Assembly (NCBI RefSeq): GCF_014284495.1
Contig: NZ_WJBE01000001.1
Length of the DNA stretch: 24,000 bases
From: Acetobacterium malicum
GTDB taxonomy: Bacteria; Bacillota; Clostridia; Eubacteriales; Eubacteriaceae
Strand: one strand, 5' to 3'
Shown: positions 13,900-22,789 of the stretch, in pieces
Layout of the letters: each line of letters opens with the position of its first letter
Position numbering within the stretch: position 1 is the first letter of the stretch
The notes under the pieces: generated by a model
Database searches by the model: none
The model's input: only the letters and a program-made list of their open reading frames with translations
What the model was told of the DNA's origin: nothing
Position numbers and translations under genes: made by a program

Positions 13900-14703
13900 A
13901 TGATGAACAAAAAGTTTCAGGAAGCTGATGACAAATTAAAGGCTCAAATTCTTGACCAGATACCAGCCCCGGTCATGGCAGTTAATAAAGAACTGATAGT
14001 GATCTATATGAATGAAGCTGGCAAAAAATTAATAAAAAGAAGTGCAGAGGATATTATTGGAATTGCCTGCAAAGATATAATCTGCACCGATCAGTGTGGA
14101 ACTGACGATTGTGCCATGCTAAAAGCGATGAAGTCAGGGAAGACCTATGCTTCCCGAACCGAAGCAACCTTAGGCGGGCAAACGATTCCTTTAGAGTTTT
14201 CAGCAGTACCTCTGGTTGATGATAGCGGAGAGATCATTGGTGGCCTCGAATTTGTCTTGGACATTACAGAGCGAGTTCTATATGAGAATCGTCTCAAAGA
14301 ACAAAACCATACAATCCGAGAAATGTCCACACCGACAATTAAATTATGGGAAGGTGTTATGGTATTGCCGGTTGTGGGTGTTGTTGACTCAATGAGAGCT
14401 CAGCATATGATGGAAAGCATGCTGACAAAAATCGCTGAAACGTATGCAAAAGTAATTATTTTGGATATTCACGGTGTTGCAGCCGTGGATACGGCCGTAG
14501 CCAATCATTTGATTAAAATAACAAAAGCAACTAAATTGATGGGGTGTGATTGTATTTTGTCGGGAATTTCACCTGCCGTGGCGCAAACAATCATCCAATT
14601 AGGAATTGATATGGAAGCGATCAACACCCGGGCAACACTCAGTGATGCTTTGACTGAAGCATTTTTAATGTTAAATCTGGAAGTGAATAAGAAAAAACAG
14701 TGA
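13900..14703 (+). CDS. RsbR-like stressosome scaffold/sensor: Cys-rich PAS N-domain plus STAS C-domain
   Basis: RBS AGGAGGG before the ATG at 13900. N-terminal PAS-like fold with C-x4-C-x3-C-x4-C (nt 14068-14112). The C-terminal STAS domain has RsbR hallmarks (MSTPTIKLWEGVMVLPVVGVVDSMRAQ, LDIHGVAAVDT, SGISPAVAQTIIQLGID). Thr is present at the positions I align to the RsbR phospho-acceptors (VDT and AQT). Confidence 0.85.
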   Translation: MMNKKFQEADDKLKAQILDQIPAPVMAVNKELIVIYMNEAGKKLIKRSAEDIIGIACKDIICTDQCGTDDCAMLKAMKSGKTYASRTEATLGGQTIPLEFSAVPLVDDSGEIIGGLEFVLDITERVLYENRLKEQNHTIREMSTPTIKLWEGVMVLPVVGVVDSMRAQHMMESMLTKIAETYAKVIILDIHGVAAVDTAVANHLIKITKATKLMGCDCILSGISPAVAQTIIQLGIDMEAINTRATLSDALTEAFLMLNLEVNKKKQ

Positions 14704-14736
14704 AATAATATTTTTGATGGGAATAGGTTGAAAGTA

Positions 14737-15093
14737 ATGGGAGAAGACTATAATACATCCGTAACCGTGATAAAAAATAACCTGATTGTGGCATTTCCAG
14801 CAGAAATGACGGATTCGTGTATTCAAAACATCGAAAAAACAATTATTGATAAAACCTATCAGAAGAATATTCGGGGAGTACTTCTTAATTTTTCAATGGT
14901 GACTGTTATGGATACATATACATACCAGGCTTTTGAAAACATTACAAGGGTATTTTCATTGATGGGGATTCAGACAATCTGGGTAGGTTTGAATCCCGGG
15001 GTAGTTTTTGGTTTGATTGACTTGGACGTTGCGATTAATATAAGAATAAAAATGGCAATTAATCTTGAGATTGGTTTAACGTTGCTCAATTAG
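14737..15093 (+). CDS. RsbS-like single-domain STAS protein
   Basis: A ~118 aa STAS-only protein immediately after the RsbR-like gene. MVTVMDTYTYQAF aligns with the DxxS/T phospho-site loop of RsbS/SpoIIAA-type proteins. Start uncertain: ATG at 14737 or TTG at 14728. Confidence 0.75.
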   Translation: MGEDYNTSVTVIKNNLIVAFPAEMTDSCIQNIEKTIIDKTYQKNIRGVLLNFSMVTVMDTYTYQAFENITRVFSLMGIQTIWVGLNPGVVFGLIDLDVAINIRIKMAINLEIGLTLLN

Positions 15094-15117
15094 AGTAAAT
15101 GGTAAAACTGGTAAAAG

Positions 15118-15594
15118 ATGATGAAAATATCTGATGTATGTTTAACAAAAGAAATTAGCGAAAGAGTCAGGGTCAGAGAAACAAAAAAAATAGATCTTGT
15201 TTTTAGCCACGATAATGAGAACGTGGTTTATTCTGTTCGTAGTATTGCTAAAAAAGCTGGATTTCGTTTAACGGATGAGGTGTTAATAGCCGTAGCTGCT
15301 TCGGAACTATCGACAAATATTTTACGGTATGCTGGAACAGGCATAATTGAAGTAAGTATTGTTACCGATGAAGTCAGCCAGGCCAATGGGATTGAACTGT
15401 TTGCAAGCGATAAAGGACCGGGGATCAATGATATTGAACAGGCATTAACGGAAAACTACAGCTCACAGACAAATAGTTTGGGACAAGGTCTTCCGAGTGT
15501 GCAGCGAATCATGGACGAGTTCTATATCGAATCGGTTTCAGGCAAAGGAACGCGAGTGCTGACACGTAAATGGGTGGGATATGGAGAAAATTGA
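15118..15594 (+). CDS. RsbT-like GHKL serine/threonine kinase (anti-sigma regulatory factor family)
   Basis: N-box ASELSTNILRYAG, G1 box SDKGPGI, G2-like SLGQGLPSVQRIMDEF, and the typical small size (158 aa). Confidence 0.85.
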   Translation: MMKISDVCLTKEISERVRVRETKKIDLVFSHDNENVVYSVRSIAKKAGFRLTDEVLIAVAASELSTNILRYAGTGIIEVSIVTDEVSQANGIELFASDKGPGINDIEQALTENYSSQTNSLGQGLPSVQRIMDEFYIESVSGKGTRVLTRKWVGYGEN

Positions 15595-16168
15595 ATATGC
15601 AATGATACTCCGAGCGCTGCTGTGGGATGTTTCAGAATGCGGTGATCTCGGATATATTAAAGAATATGATAATAAGTGCTTTGTCTGTTTGATTGACATT
15701 CTTGGTCATGGCAAAATGGCAAGAAGTATTGCAGTTAATGCAGAAGAATATCTTGAAGCCAATTATCAACGCAACCTCATTGACGTCATGAACGGTCTCC
15801 ATAAACATTTATATGGTAGTAGAGGCGGAGTTGCCCTAATGTGTCGCCTGGATATACCAGCTGGGAAACTTCAGTATACAGGAATTGGTAATGTCACTGG
15901 AAGAGTAATCGGTTCCAATCAACATCGGATGCTTTCAAAAGATGGAATCGTGGGATTTGGAAGGATTAGTCCAATTATTCGAGAATGTGATTTTTCTGAT
16001 CGCGATCTCCTGATTCTCTATTCTGATGGTATTAAAGAGCACTTCAATTTGCTTGACCATTTGGCATTATTTACTGGCGAGACGGAATCAATCGCAAGTG
16101 GTGTTCTTAAAGAATTTGGCAAAAAAACTGATGATGCTTGCTGTATAGCGTTAAAGTATATTAAATAA
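15581..16168 (+). CDS. RsbX-like PP2C/SpoIIE-family phosphatase
   Basis: The metal-binding motifs CGD...DILGHG and ILYSDGI match small RsbX-type PP2C phosphatases. Size is 195 aa. It overlaps the RsbT-like gene by 14 nt. Confidence 0.8.
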   Translation: MEKIEYAMILRALLWDVSECGDLGYIKEYDNKCFVCLIDILGHGKMARSIAVNAEEYLEANYQRNLIDVMNGLHKHLYGSRGGVALMCRLDIPAGKLQYTGIGNVTGRVIGSNQHRMLSKDGIVGFGRISPIIRECDFSDRDLLILYSDGIKEHFNLLDHLALFTGETESIASGVLKEFGKKTDDACCIALKYIK

Positions 16169-16189
16169 AGGCGGAATCGAGGTAGAGCA

Positions 16190-19100
16190 ATGATCGAATT
16201 GGGTCATACACGGGTCGATAGTAATATTTCTTTGATCGAAGCAAGAAAAAAAGCAAGACATATTGCTTTAAAATTAGGATGTTCCGAAATTAAGGCAGCC
16301 CGAATTGAAGCAGTTTTATCGGAAATGATTCGGCAGTTGCTTAATGACACAAATATGGTTGACTGTATTATTTCAGTCATAAAAAACCAGGATAAAGAAG
16401 GCATTAATATCGCATATGATAACCTGGAGGTACCGTTTAGCTTGAATTGTGCTGAAAAATATGTGAATCCGTTTGAAATTCACGAAAAGCCGGATGGAAA
16501 ATACTTGGTAAATGTCTTTTTTCCTTTCATAACAGTCGAGCCAGATTTCTGTGAGAGCCTCGTCGAAGAAATTCGTATTGAAATTGAGTCACCGACAAGG
16601 GCAGAGTTACTCAAAGAAATTGAGGAAAAGAACAAAGAATTGGCGAGTAGCAGAGAGTTTATCGAATCAGTTCTGGAAAATTTACAGGCTGCAGTTTATG
16701 CAAAAGATTTAAATGGGAAATATACATATATTAACAAACAATGGGAAACGGTAACGGGGATTGATCGAGATGCCTGCATCGGAAAAACGGCGACGGACAT
16801 ATTCAGACCAGATCTTGGTGAAGCGTATGAAGAAAATGATCTCAATGTTATTAAATCAAAGAAAATTCAGATAATCGAAGAACACTCTAATCGGGAAGAA
16901 AACACACAAACCTATTTATCCACAAAAGTACCGATGAAACAGAATGATGATATTATCGGACTTTGTAGTATTTCTACAGATATCACTCAACGAAAAATTA
17001 TGGAAGAAGAGCTTTATAAAGCAAAAAAAACCGCTGAAGAGGCGGCCAAGTCCAAGTCCGATTTTTTGGCAAATATGAGCCATGAAATAAGAACCCCCAT
17101 GAATGCCATACTCGGAATGAGTTATTTAATGGAAAAAACTGATCTGTCCGAAAAACAGAAAGACTATCTCGGAAAAATAAGGTTGTCGGGGCAGCATTTG
17201 TTGGGTGTTATTAATGATATCCTGGACTTTTCAAAAATTGAGGCAGGGAAACTGGATATTGAATGCATTGATTTTAAATTATATGAGGTTTTGGATAATT
17301 TGTCCAATTGTATTAGTGAAAAATGTATGTCAAAAGGTTTGGAACTTGTCTTTGATGTTAATTCGAATGTTCCTAACGAACTATGTGGCGATCCGCTGCG
17401 AATTGGACAAATCCTGATTAACTATGTCAACAACGCCATAAAATTCACGGAACAAGGTGAAATTATTGTCAGAATAAGGAAAGAAGAAACGTTAGCCCAA
17501 GGATTTTTGTTGAAATTTGAAGTTCAGGATACCGGAATCGGCTTGACAACAGATCAGAAAGCTAAGTTATTCCAGTCTTCTCAACAAGCTGATACCTCGA
17601 CCACACGAAAATACGGTGGAACGGGATTGGGACTGGCTATTTCAAAAGATCTGGCGGAATTAATGGGTGGCGAAGTTGGTGTGGAATCAGAATATGGTAA
17701 AGGCAGTAATTTTTGGTTTACGACCCATTTTCGTGTCTCCGGCAAAACGGAGCAATCAATTATCTCAAATGAAGGGTTGGAAAATTTACGTGTATTGGTA
17801 GTCGATGATAATAATCAGGCCCGAATGATTCTATCGGAGATGTTAAATTCCATGAGAATTCGGGTGGATGAAGCAGGGTCGGGTGAGCGTGCCATCGAAA
17901 TGGTTCAAATGGAAGATTTGCGCCAAGATCCCTACGAAATTGTCTTCGTTGATATGCAGATGCCAAATTTAAATGGCATTCAAACTGTTGAACGATTAAG
18001 TCACATCAAACTGAAAAGCCCACCCAAATATGTGATGGTCACTGCTTTTGGAAGAGAAGAAGTATTTTGTAAAGCAGAACGGGCGGGATTTGAACTGGTT
18101 ATGGTCAAACCGGTTAATCTTTGGGTACTGTACGAAACGATGATTAGAATTCTTGAAAAAAACCGACTGAATGAGACCGTCGAAAAAAAAGAAGTTGAGA
18201 CGACCGGTCAAAGGAAAATTTTACAGACAATTTCCGGGGCTAGAATTTTGTTGGTGGAAGATAATGAGTTGAACCAGATGGTTGCACTTGAACTACTTAA
18301 AGAGGCCGGACTGATTGTAGATGTGGCAGAAAATGGTCGGATTGCCGTGGAAATGGTGGCTGAAAATGAATATGATCTGGTTCTGATGGATATGCAGATG
18401 CCGGTACTGGATGGGCTTGAAGCGACCAGGCGGATTCGTTCAGATAGTCGATTTGCGGAACTGCGGATAATTGCGATGACTGCCAATGCAATGGCAAATG
18501 ATCGCGAACGTTGTATCGCTGCCGGAATGAATGACCATTTGCCTAAACCGATTGAACCGAATCATTTGTTTGAAATACTAGCGCATTGGATACCATCAAG
18601 AACAAATATTAATGTTTCAGATGACTGTATCGGTGATACTGATGATGCGGTTTTTCCAGAAGCGGAATTAAACATCAGAATCAGTGGTCTGGACGTTGAA
18701 TTGGGTCTACGGCGGGTTCTCGGTAAGAAAAAACCGTATCTAAATTTGCTGAGAAAATTTATGGCCGGACAACCGAGTTTCATAACAGACCTGGATCAGG
18801 CAGTCAGCAATGGCGATTATACCACCGCTGAGAGGCTTGTCCATACATTAAAAGGGGTATCTGGGAATATTGGGGCAATCGAAATAAGAGAAACGGCAAC
18901 GATTCTTGAGACCGCAATCCGTGAACAACCAAGTAAGGATACATTAAGACCGCTCATTAAAAATCTGGCTACGCAGTTAAAAAAGCTGACTGAATCATTG
19001 CAAACGGCGTTGCCAAAAGAAAAAAAAGCTGTTGACGACAGCGATACTGCTTCCACGAAGGTTGAACTAATACGTTTTTTAGAAGAACTTATGCCGGGGA

Positions 19101-19276
19101 TTCAAACACGGAAACCAAAAAAATGTCTCGATGTTCTTGAAACTTATCGTAAATTTTTATGGCCAGATGAAAGCGAAATCGAAGTCGCTGAGATCTATCG
19201 ACTTGTTTCCAAATATCGATATAAGGAAGCCGCTGAACGCGTAAATTCCTTATTAATCAAATTAAGTGAGGTTTGA
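16190..19276 (+). CDS. Hybrid sensor histidine kinase: degenerate RsbT-like N-domain, coiled coil, PAS, HisKA, HATPase_c, REC, REC, Hpt
   Basis: RBS GAGGTAGAG upstream. H-box [14 protein letters not shown] with His298 at nt 17081-17083. N/G boxes ([27 protein letters not shown]). Two receivers retain the acidic pocket, phospho-Asp, Thr and Lys (VVDDN...FVDMQMP...VTAF...VKP; LVEDN...LMDMQMP...MTAN...PKP). Hpt motif [12 protein letters not shown]. Confidence 0.92.
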   Translation: MIELGHTRVDSNISLIEARKKARHIALKLGCSEIKAARIEAVLSEMIRQLLNDTNMVDCIISVIKNQDKEGINIAYDNLEVPFSLNCAEKYVNPFEIHEKPDGKYLVNVFFPFITVEPDFCESLVEEIRIEIESPTRAELLKEIEEKNKELASSREFIESVLENLQAAVYAKDLNGKYTYINKQWETVTGIDRDACIGKTATDIFRPDLGEAYEENDLNVIKSKKIQIIEEHSNREENTQTYLSTKVPMKQNDDIIGLCSISTDITQRKIMEEELYKAKKTAEEAAKSKSDFLANMSHEIRTPMNAILGMSYLMEKTDLSEKQKDYLGKIRLSGQHLLGVINDILDFSKIEAGKLDIECIDFKLYEVLDNLSNCISEKCMSKGLELVFDVNSNVPNELCGDPLRIGQILINYVNNAIKFTEQGEIIVRIRKEETLAQGFLLKFEVQDTGIGLTTDQKAKLFQSSQQADTSTTRKYGGTGLGLAISKDLAELMGGEVGVESEYGKGSNFWFTTHFRVSGKTEQSIISNEGLENLRVLVVDDNNQARMILSEMLNSMRIRVDEAGSGERAIEMVQMEDLRQDPYEIVFVDMQMPNLNGIQTVERLSHIKLKSPPKYVMVTAFGREEVFCKAERAGFELVMVKPVNLWVLYETMIRILEKNRLNETVEKKEVETTGQRKILQTISGARILLVEDNELNQMVALELLKEAGLIVDVAENGRIAVEMVAENEYDLVLMDMQMPVLDGLEATRRIRSDSRFAELRIIAMTANAMANDRERCIAAGMNDHLPKPIEPNHLFEILAHWIPSRTNINVSDDCIGDTDDAVFPEAELNIRISGLDVELGLRRVLGKKKPYLNLLRKFMAGQPSFITDLDQAVSNGDYTTAERLVHTLKGVSGNIGAIEIRETATILETAIREQPSKDTLRPLIKNLATQLKKLTESLQTALPKEKKAVDDSDTASTKVELIRFLEELMPGIQTRKPKKCLDVLETYRKFLWPDESEIEVAEIYRLVSKYRYKEAAERVNSLLIKLSEV

Positions 19277-19278
19277 TT

Positions 19279-20394
19279 ATGAAGAAATTGTCAGAGTGTA
19301 ATATTCTAATCGTCGATGATACAGAAATGAATATTGACATATTGGTTGGTGCGCTGGGAGACGACTATGAACTGTCAGTGGCAATGGATGGGGAAGCTGC
19401 TCTCGAAATGATGGAAATGGAGCTTCCCGATTTAATCTTACTGGACATCATGATGCCAGGATTGAGTGGCTATGAAGTTTGTGAAAAACTTAAAAATAAT
19501 CCCAGAGCGAAAGAAATCCCGATTATTTTCCTGACTGCGATGACTGACATCGAAAGTAAAACAAAAGGGTTTGAAGCTGGGGCCGTCGATTATATTACCA
19601 AACCATTTGAAATACTGGAAGTCAAAGCACGGGTACAGACCCATCTGTACATCACGATTGCAAAAAAAGAGTTAGCTCTGCAGAATGAAATACTTGAGCA
19701 ACGGGTTATAGAACGAACGGAAGAATTGTGCCTGACTCAGGAAATTACCATTGAAGCGCTAGCCTCACTGGCTGAATATCGAGATCCGGATACGGGGGGA
19801 CATATTTATCGTACCAAAAATTATGTAAAAATTCTGGCTGAAAAACTAAGTTCCGTTGAAAAATATAAAAATATTCTAAATGAGGAAGTCATCAAAATAT
19901 TTTACAAGTCGGCACCACTCCATGACATTGGCAAAATCGGTATTCGCGACGAAATTCTTCTAAAACCAGGTAAGTTGACCGTTAAGGAATTTGAAGAAAT
20001 GAAAAAACATACTTTGATTGGTTATAATGCTCTTCGAATTGCGTCATTAAAGCTTGGTGAGAATTCATTTTTGAAACATGCCATGGAGATTTCAAAAAGT
20101 CATCAGGAAAAATGGAATGGGACCGGCTATCCGGATGGTTTGTCTGGCGATGATATCCCCATAGCTGGGAGAATCATGGCGATTGCGGATGTGTATGATG
20201 CACTCATCAGTAAGCGGATTTATAAACCGCCATTTACGCACCGGCAGGCGGTCGTGATTATTAAAGAAGGCCGGGGTATTCATTTTGATCCGCTGATGGT
20301 TGATGCTTTTGAAGATGTTAATGAAGAATTCCGGCAAATTGCGATTAAATATGCCGATTGTGATGAGGAACGAGTGACTTTAAATGAAGTGTAG
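19279..20394 (+). CDS. Response regulator with HD-GYP c-di-GMP phosphodiesterase output (RpfG-like)
   Basis: REC domain (ILIVDDTEMN...LILLDIMMPG...LTAM...TKP) followed by HD-GYP (HDIGKIGI...HQEKWNGTGYPDGL). The ATG at 19279 starts 2 nt after the kinase stop, with AAGTGAGG as RBS. Confidence 0.9.
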   Translation: MKKLSECNILIVDDTEMNIDILVGALGDDYELSVAMDGEAALEMMEMELPDLILLDIMMPGLSGYEVCEKLKNNPRAKEIPIIFLTAMTDIESKTKGFEAGAVDYITKPFEILEVKARVQTHLYITIAKKELALQNEILEQRVIERTEELCLTQEITIEALASLAEYRDPDTGGHIYRTKNYVKILAEKLSSVEKYKNILNEEVIKIFYKSAPLHDIGKIGIRDEILLKPGKLTVKEFEEMKKHTLIGYNALRIASLKLGENSFLKHAMEISKSHQEKWNGTGYPDGLSGDDIPIAGRIMAIADVYDALISKRIYKPPFTHRQAVVIIKEGRGIHFDPLMVDAFEDVNEEFRQIAIKYADCDEERVTLNEV

Positions 20395-20399
20395 TGTTG

Positions 20400-20446
20400 C
20401 TATCGAAAAGACCTGCCGGCTTGACGCCGACAGGTCTTTTCGATAG
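20400..20446 (+). terminator. Very stable hairpin at the operon end (terminator-like, no clean U-tract)
   Basis: CTATCGAAAAGACCTG / CAGGTCTTTTCGATAG perfect 16-bp stem, plus an inner CGGC/GCCG pairing. It starts 6 nt after the stop codon. The downstream sequence is AATGAG, not a T-run. Confidence 0.5.
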
Positions 20447-20546
20447 AATGAGATCAGATAATGACGGAGGTGTTGGTGGTTAAGTCTGTTTTGGTTAAGA
20501 TAAAAGCCATTTCACCGGATGGAATAAGTTACAAGGAGGCGAAACC

Positions 20547-21932
20547 ATGCCAGTAAATTCATTTGAAGATTATCCGATGTCATGGAAACCAACGTTGAAC
20601 CATCAGAATAAACCCCTGTATCTTTCGCTGGCCCGTCAGTTGGAGCAGGATATCAAAAAAGGAAACCTGCTGCCGGGGACAAAACTGCCGCCGCAGCGGG
20701 AACTGGCCGATTTTCTGGATATTAATGTGAGCACCGTATCCAAAGCCTGCAAAGTCTGCGAGTTAAAGGGGCTCCTCAGTGCCACGGTGGGCAGCGGTAC
20801 CTTTGTATCCTTTGATGCGTTGGCGAATGCCTATCTGCTGCCGGATGACAAGCCCCGGAATCTGATTGAGCTGGGCGCAGTTTTTCCGGATACCGCCACC
20901 TTTGGACCATTGATCGGCTGTTTAAAAGAAATGCTTAATGAAGCCGATGCCGATAAATTGTTTAATTACAGCCGTCCCAATGCCAACATCTGGCTGAAAG
21001 ATACAGCCGTGAAACTGATGGAAAAAGGCGGATTCAGTCCGGCACCGGAGAGTATTTTATTTTCCAATGGCGGTCAAAATGCCATCACGGCCATTCTGGC
21101 CGGACTTTGTCGTCACGGCGATAAAATTGGCGCTGACCCCCATACCTATTCTGGACTCAAAACCACTGCTTCAATGCTGGGCATTCAGCTGACGCCGATC
21201 CGTCATCGTGACGGCCAAATGGATCATGAAGCACTGCTTGATGCTTGCCGAAACGAAAATATCAAGGGCGTGTATCTGATCCCGGACAATCACAATCCCA
21301 CCACCCATACCATGACCGCTGATCGTCGCCAGGCTCTGGCTCAAATAGCCAGAGATCAGGATATTTTTATTATTGAAGACGGCGCGTATCATTTTCTGGG
21401 GCAAAACACTCAACCGGCGGTGGCATCTTTTGCGCCGGAGCAGACTATTTATATTGCCAGCATGTCCAAGACTCTGGCCCCCGGTTTACGGATGGCTTAT
21501 CTGTCAGTTCCCCAGGCTTATCGAAAACCGGTGTCGAAAGCCCTGTATAATTTGAATATTTCGGTTTCTCCGTTGATGGCAGTGCTGGCAGCCCGGGTCA
21601 TCGTTTCTGGACAGTTGGATCAGTTTATCGAAAGCCATCAACAGAAAGCCGGACAACGCAATAAGCTGGTAAATCACTATTTACGTGGCTACACCTGTCA
21701 CGGTGAAGAAACCGGAATATTTCGCTGGTTGGAGTTGCCAGGAACAATTAGCGGATCAGCTTTCGAAGTGCTGGCGATGGAAAAAGGGGTTCGGGTTTAC
21801 GGCGCCGAGCGGTTTACGGTCGGAAATAGTTTGCCCAGTCGGGCCGTGCGGATGTCGGTTTGTGCCCCGGAAACCCTAGCCGAACTGGAACAGGGACTGA
21901 TAATCTTGAAAAACCTCCTCGATCATTTGTAA
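20547..21932 (+). CDS. MocR/GabR/PdxR-type regulator (GntR wHTH fused to a PLP aminotransferase-like domain)
   Basis: N-terminal GntR-type HTH (LPPQRELADFLDINVSTVSKACKVCELKGLL). Fold-type I aminotransferase-like C-domain with a candidate PLP-lysine motif SMSKTLAPGLRMAY. RBS AAGGAGG. Confidence 0.85.
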   Translation: MPVNSFEDYPMSWKPTLNHQNKPLYLSLARQLEQDIKKGNLLPGTKLPPQRELADFLDINVSTVSKACKVCELKGLLSATVGSGTFVSFDALANAYLLPDDKPRNLIELGAVFPDTATFGPLIGCLKEMLNEADADKLFNYSRPNANIWLKDTAVKLMEKGGFSPAPESILFSNGGQNAITAILAGLCRHGDKIGADPHTYSGLKTTASMLGIQLTPIRHRDGQMDHEALLDACRNENIKGVYLIPDNHNPTTHTMTADRRQALAQIARDQDIFIIEDGAYHFLGQNTQPAVASFAPEQTIYIASMSKTLAPGLRMAYLSVPQAYRKPVSKALYNLNISVSPLMAVLAARVIVSGQLDQFIESHQQKAGQRNKLVNHYLRGYTCHGEETGIFRWLELPGTISGSAFEVLAMEKGVRVYGAERFTVGNSLPSRAVRMSVCAPETLAELEQGLIILKNLLDHL

Positions 21933-21950
21933 TAGTCCGTGTTAATTTGT

Positions 21951-21987
21951 ACGCCATACATTTAAGTTATTGTATGGCGTATTTTTG
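21951..21987 (+). terminator. Rho-independent terminator
   Basis: ACGCCATACA / TGTATGGCGT perfect 10-bp stem with a 10-nt loop, followed by ATTTTTG. Confidence 0.75.
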
Positions 21988-22039
21988 CGTGTTAAAATAA
22001 GGCTCAAATCTAGTCGAGCGTGAAGGGAGTGTCTGATTG

Positions 22040-22789
22040 ATGAAAAGTTTTGTTTTTGCCTTCAAACAGGCGATACCAGTGTTTTTCCCATACTTGTTTA
22101 TTGGCATCGCTTTTGGAGTTTTGATGAATGAGGCTGGTTACTCAGCCGGTTGGTCATTTTTATCCGGAATTTTTATTTATGCCGGATCGATGCAGATCGT
22201 CATGGTCTCGCTGCTGACCGCCGGGGCCTCACTTGGCACCATTGCCTTGATGACCTTTTTTGTTAATGCCCGACATATTTTTTATGGTATCGCCTTCATT
22301 GAGCAGTTTCGGAAAATGGGGCGGAAATATCCATATATGATTGTGACCCTTACCGATGAGGTATATTCTATTTTTTGTAGCATCGACTATCCAAATGATG
22401 TGGATGCCAGGAAGACCGATTTTTATATCACCCTGATTCTTCATCTGGTCTGGATTTTAAGTTGTCTGGCCGGAGCCCTGTTTGGGCAGCTGATCCCCTA
22501 TGATCTGGCCGGCATTGAATTTTCAGCCACGGCTTTTTTTATTACCGTCTGTATGAATCAATGGCAGTCCATGGATTCCCATCTGCCAGCAATCACCGGG
22601 CTGATCAGCGCCTTGGCTTTTTATTTTATCCTGGGGCCCAGTCAGTTTATTCTGCCAGCCCTGGCTGTTAGCGTCCTGGTGTTGATCGTGATGAAATCCC
22701 GCTGGCCTGACGATCAACAAAAGAAACGTGGTATGGAATTGGAAGCAGGTTTAACAGAGCAAGCGGAGGAAATCAGTTATGAGTATTAA
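22040..22789 (+). CDS. azlC: AzlC-family branched-chain amino acid transporter subunit
   Basis: Polytopic membrane protein with an AzlC-like N-terminus (FKQAIPVFFPYLFIGIAFGV...IYAGSMQ), followed by and overlapping an AzlD-like gene. Start is the ATG at 22040 or the TTG at 22037. Confidence 0.8.
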   Translation: MKSFVFAFKQAIPVFFPYLFIGIAFGVLMNEAGYSAGWSFLSGIFIYAGSMQIVMVSLLTAGASLGTIALMTFFVNARHIFYGIAFIEQFRKMGRKYPYMIVTLTDEVYSIFCSIDYPNDVDARKTDFYITLILHLVWILSCLAGALFGQLIPYDLAGIEFSATAFFITVCMNQWQSMDSHLPAITGLISALAFYFILGPSQFILPALAVSVLVLIVMKSRWPDDQQKKRGMELEAGLTEQAEEISYEY

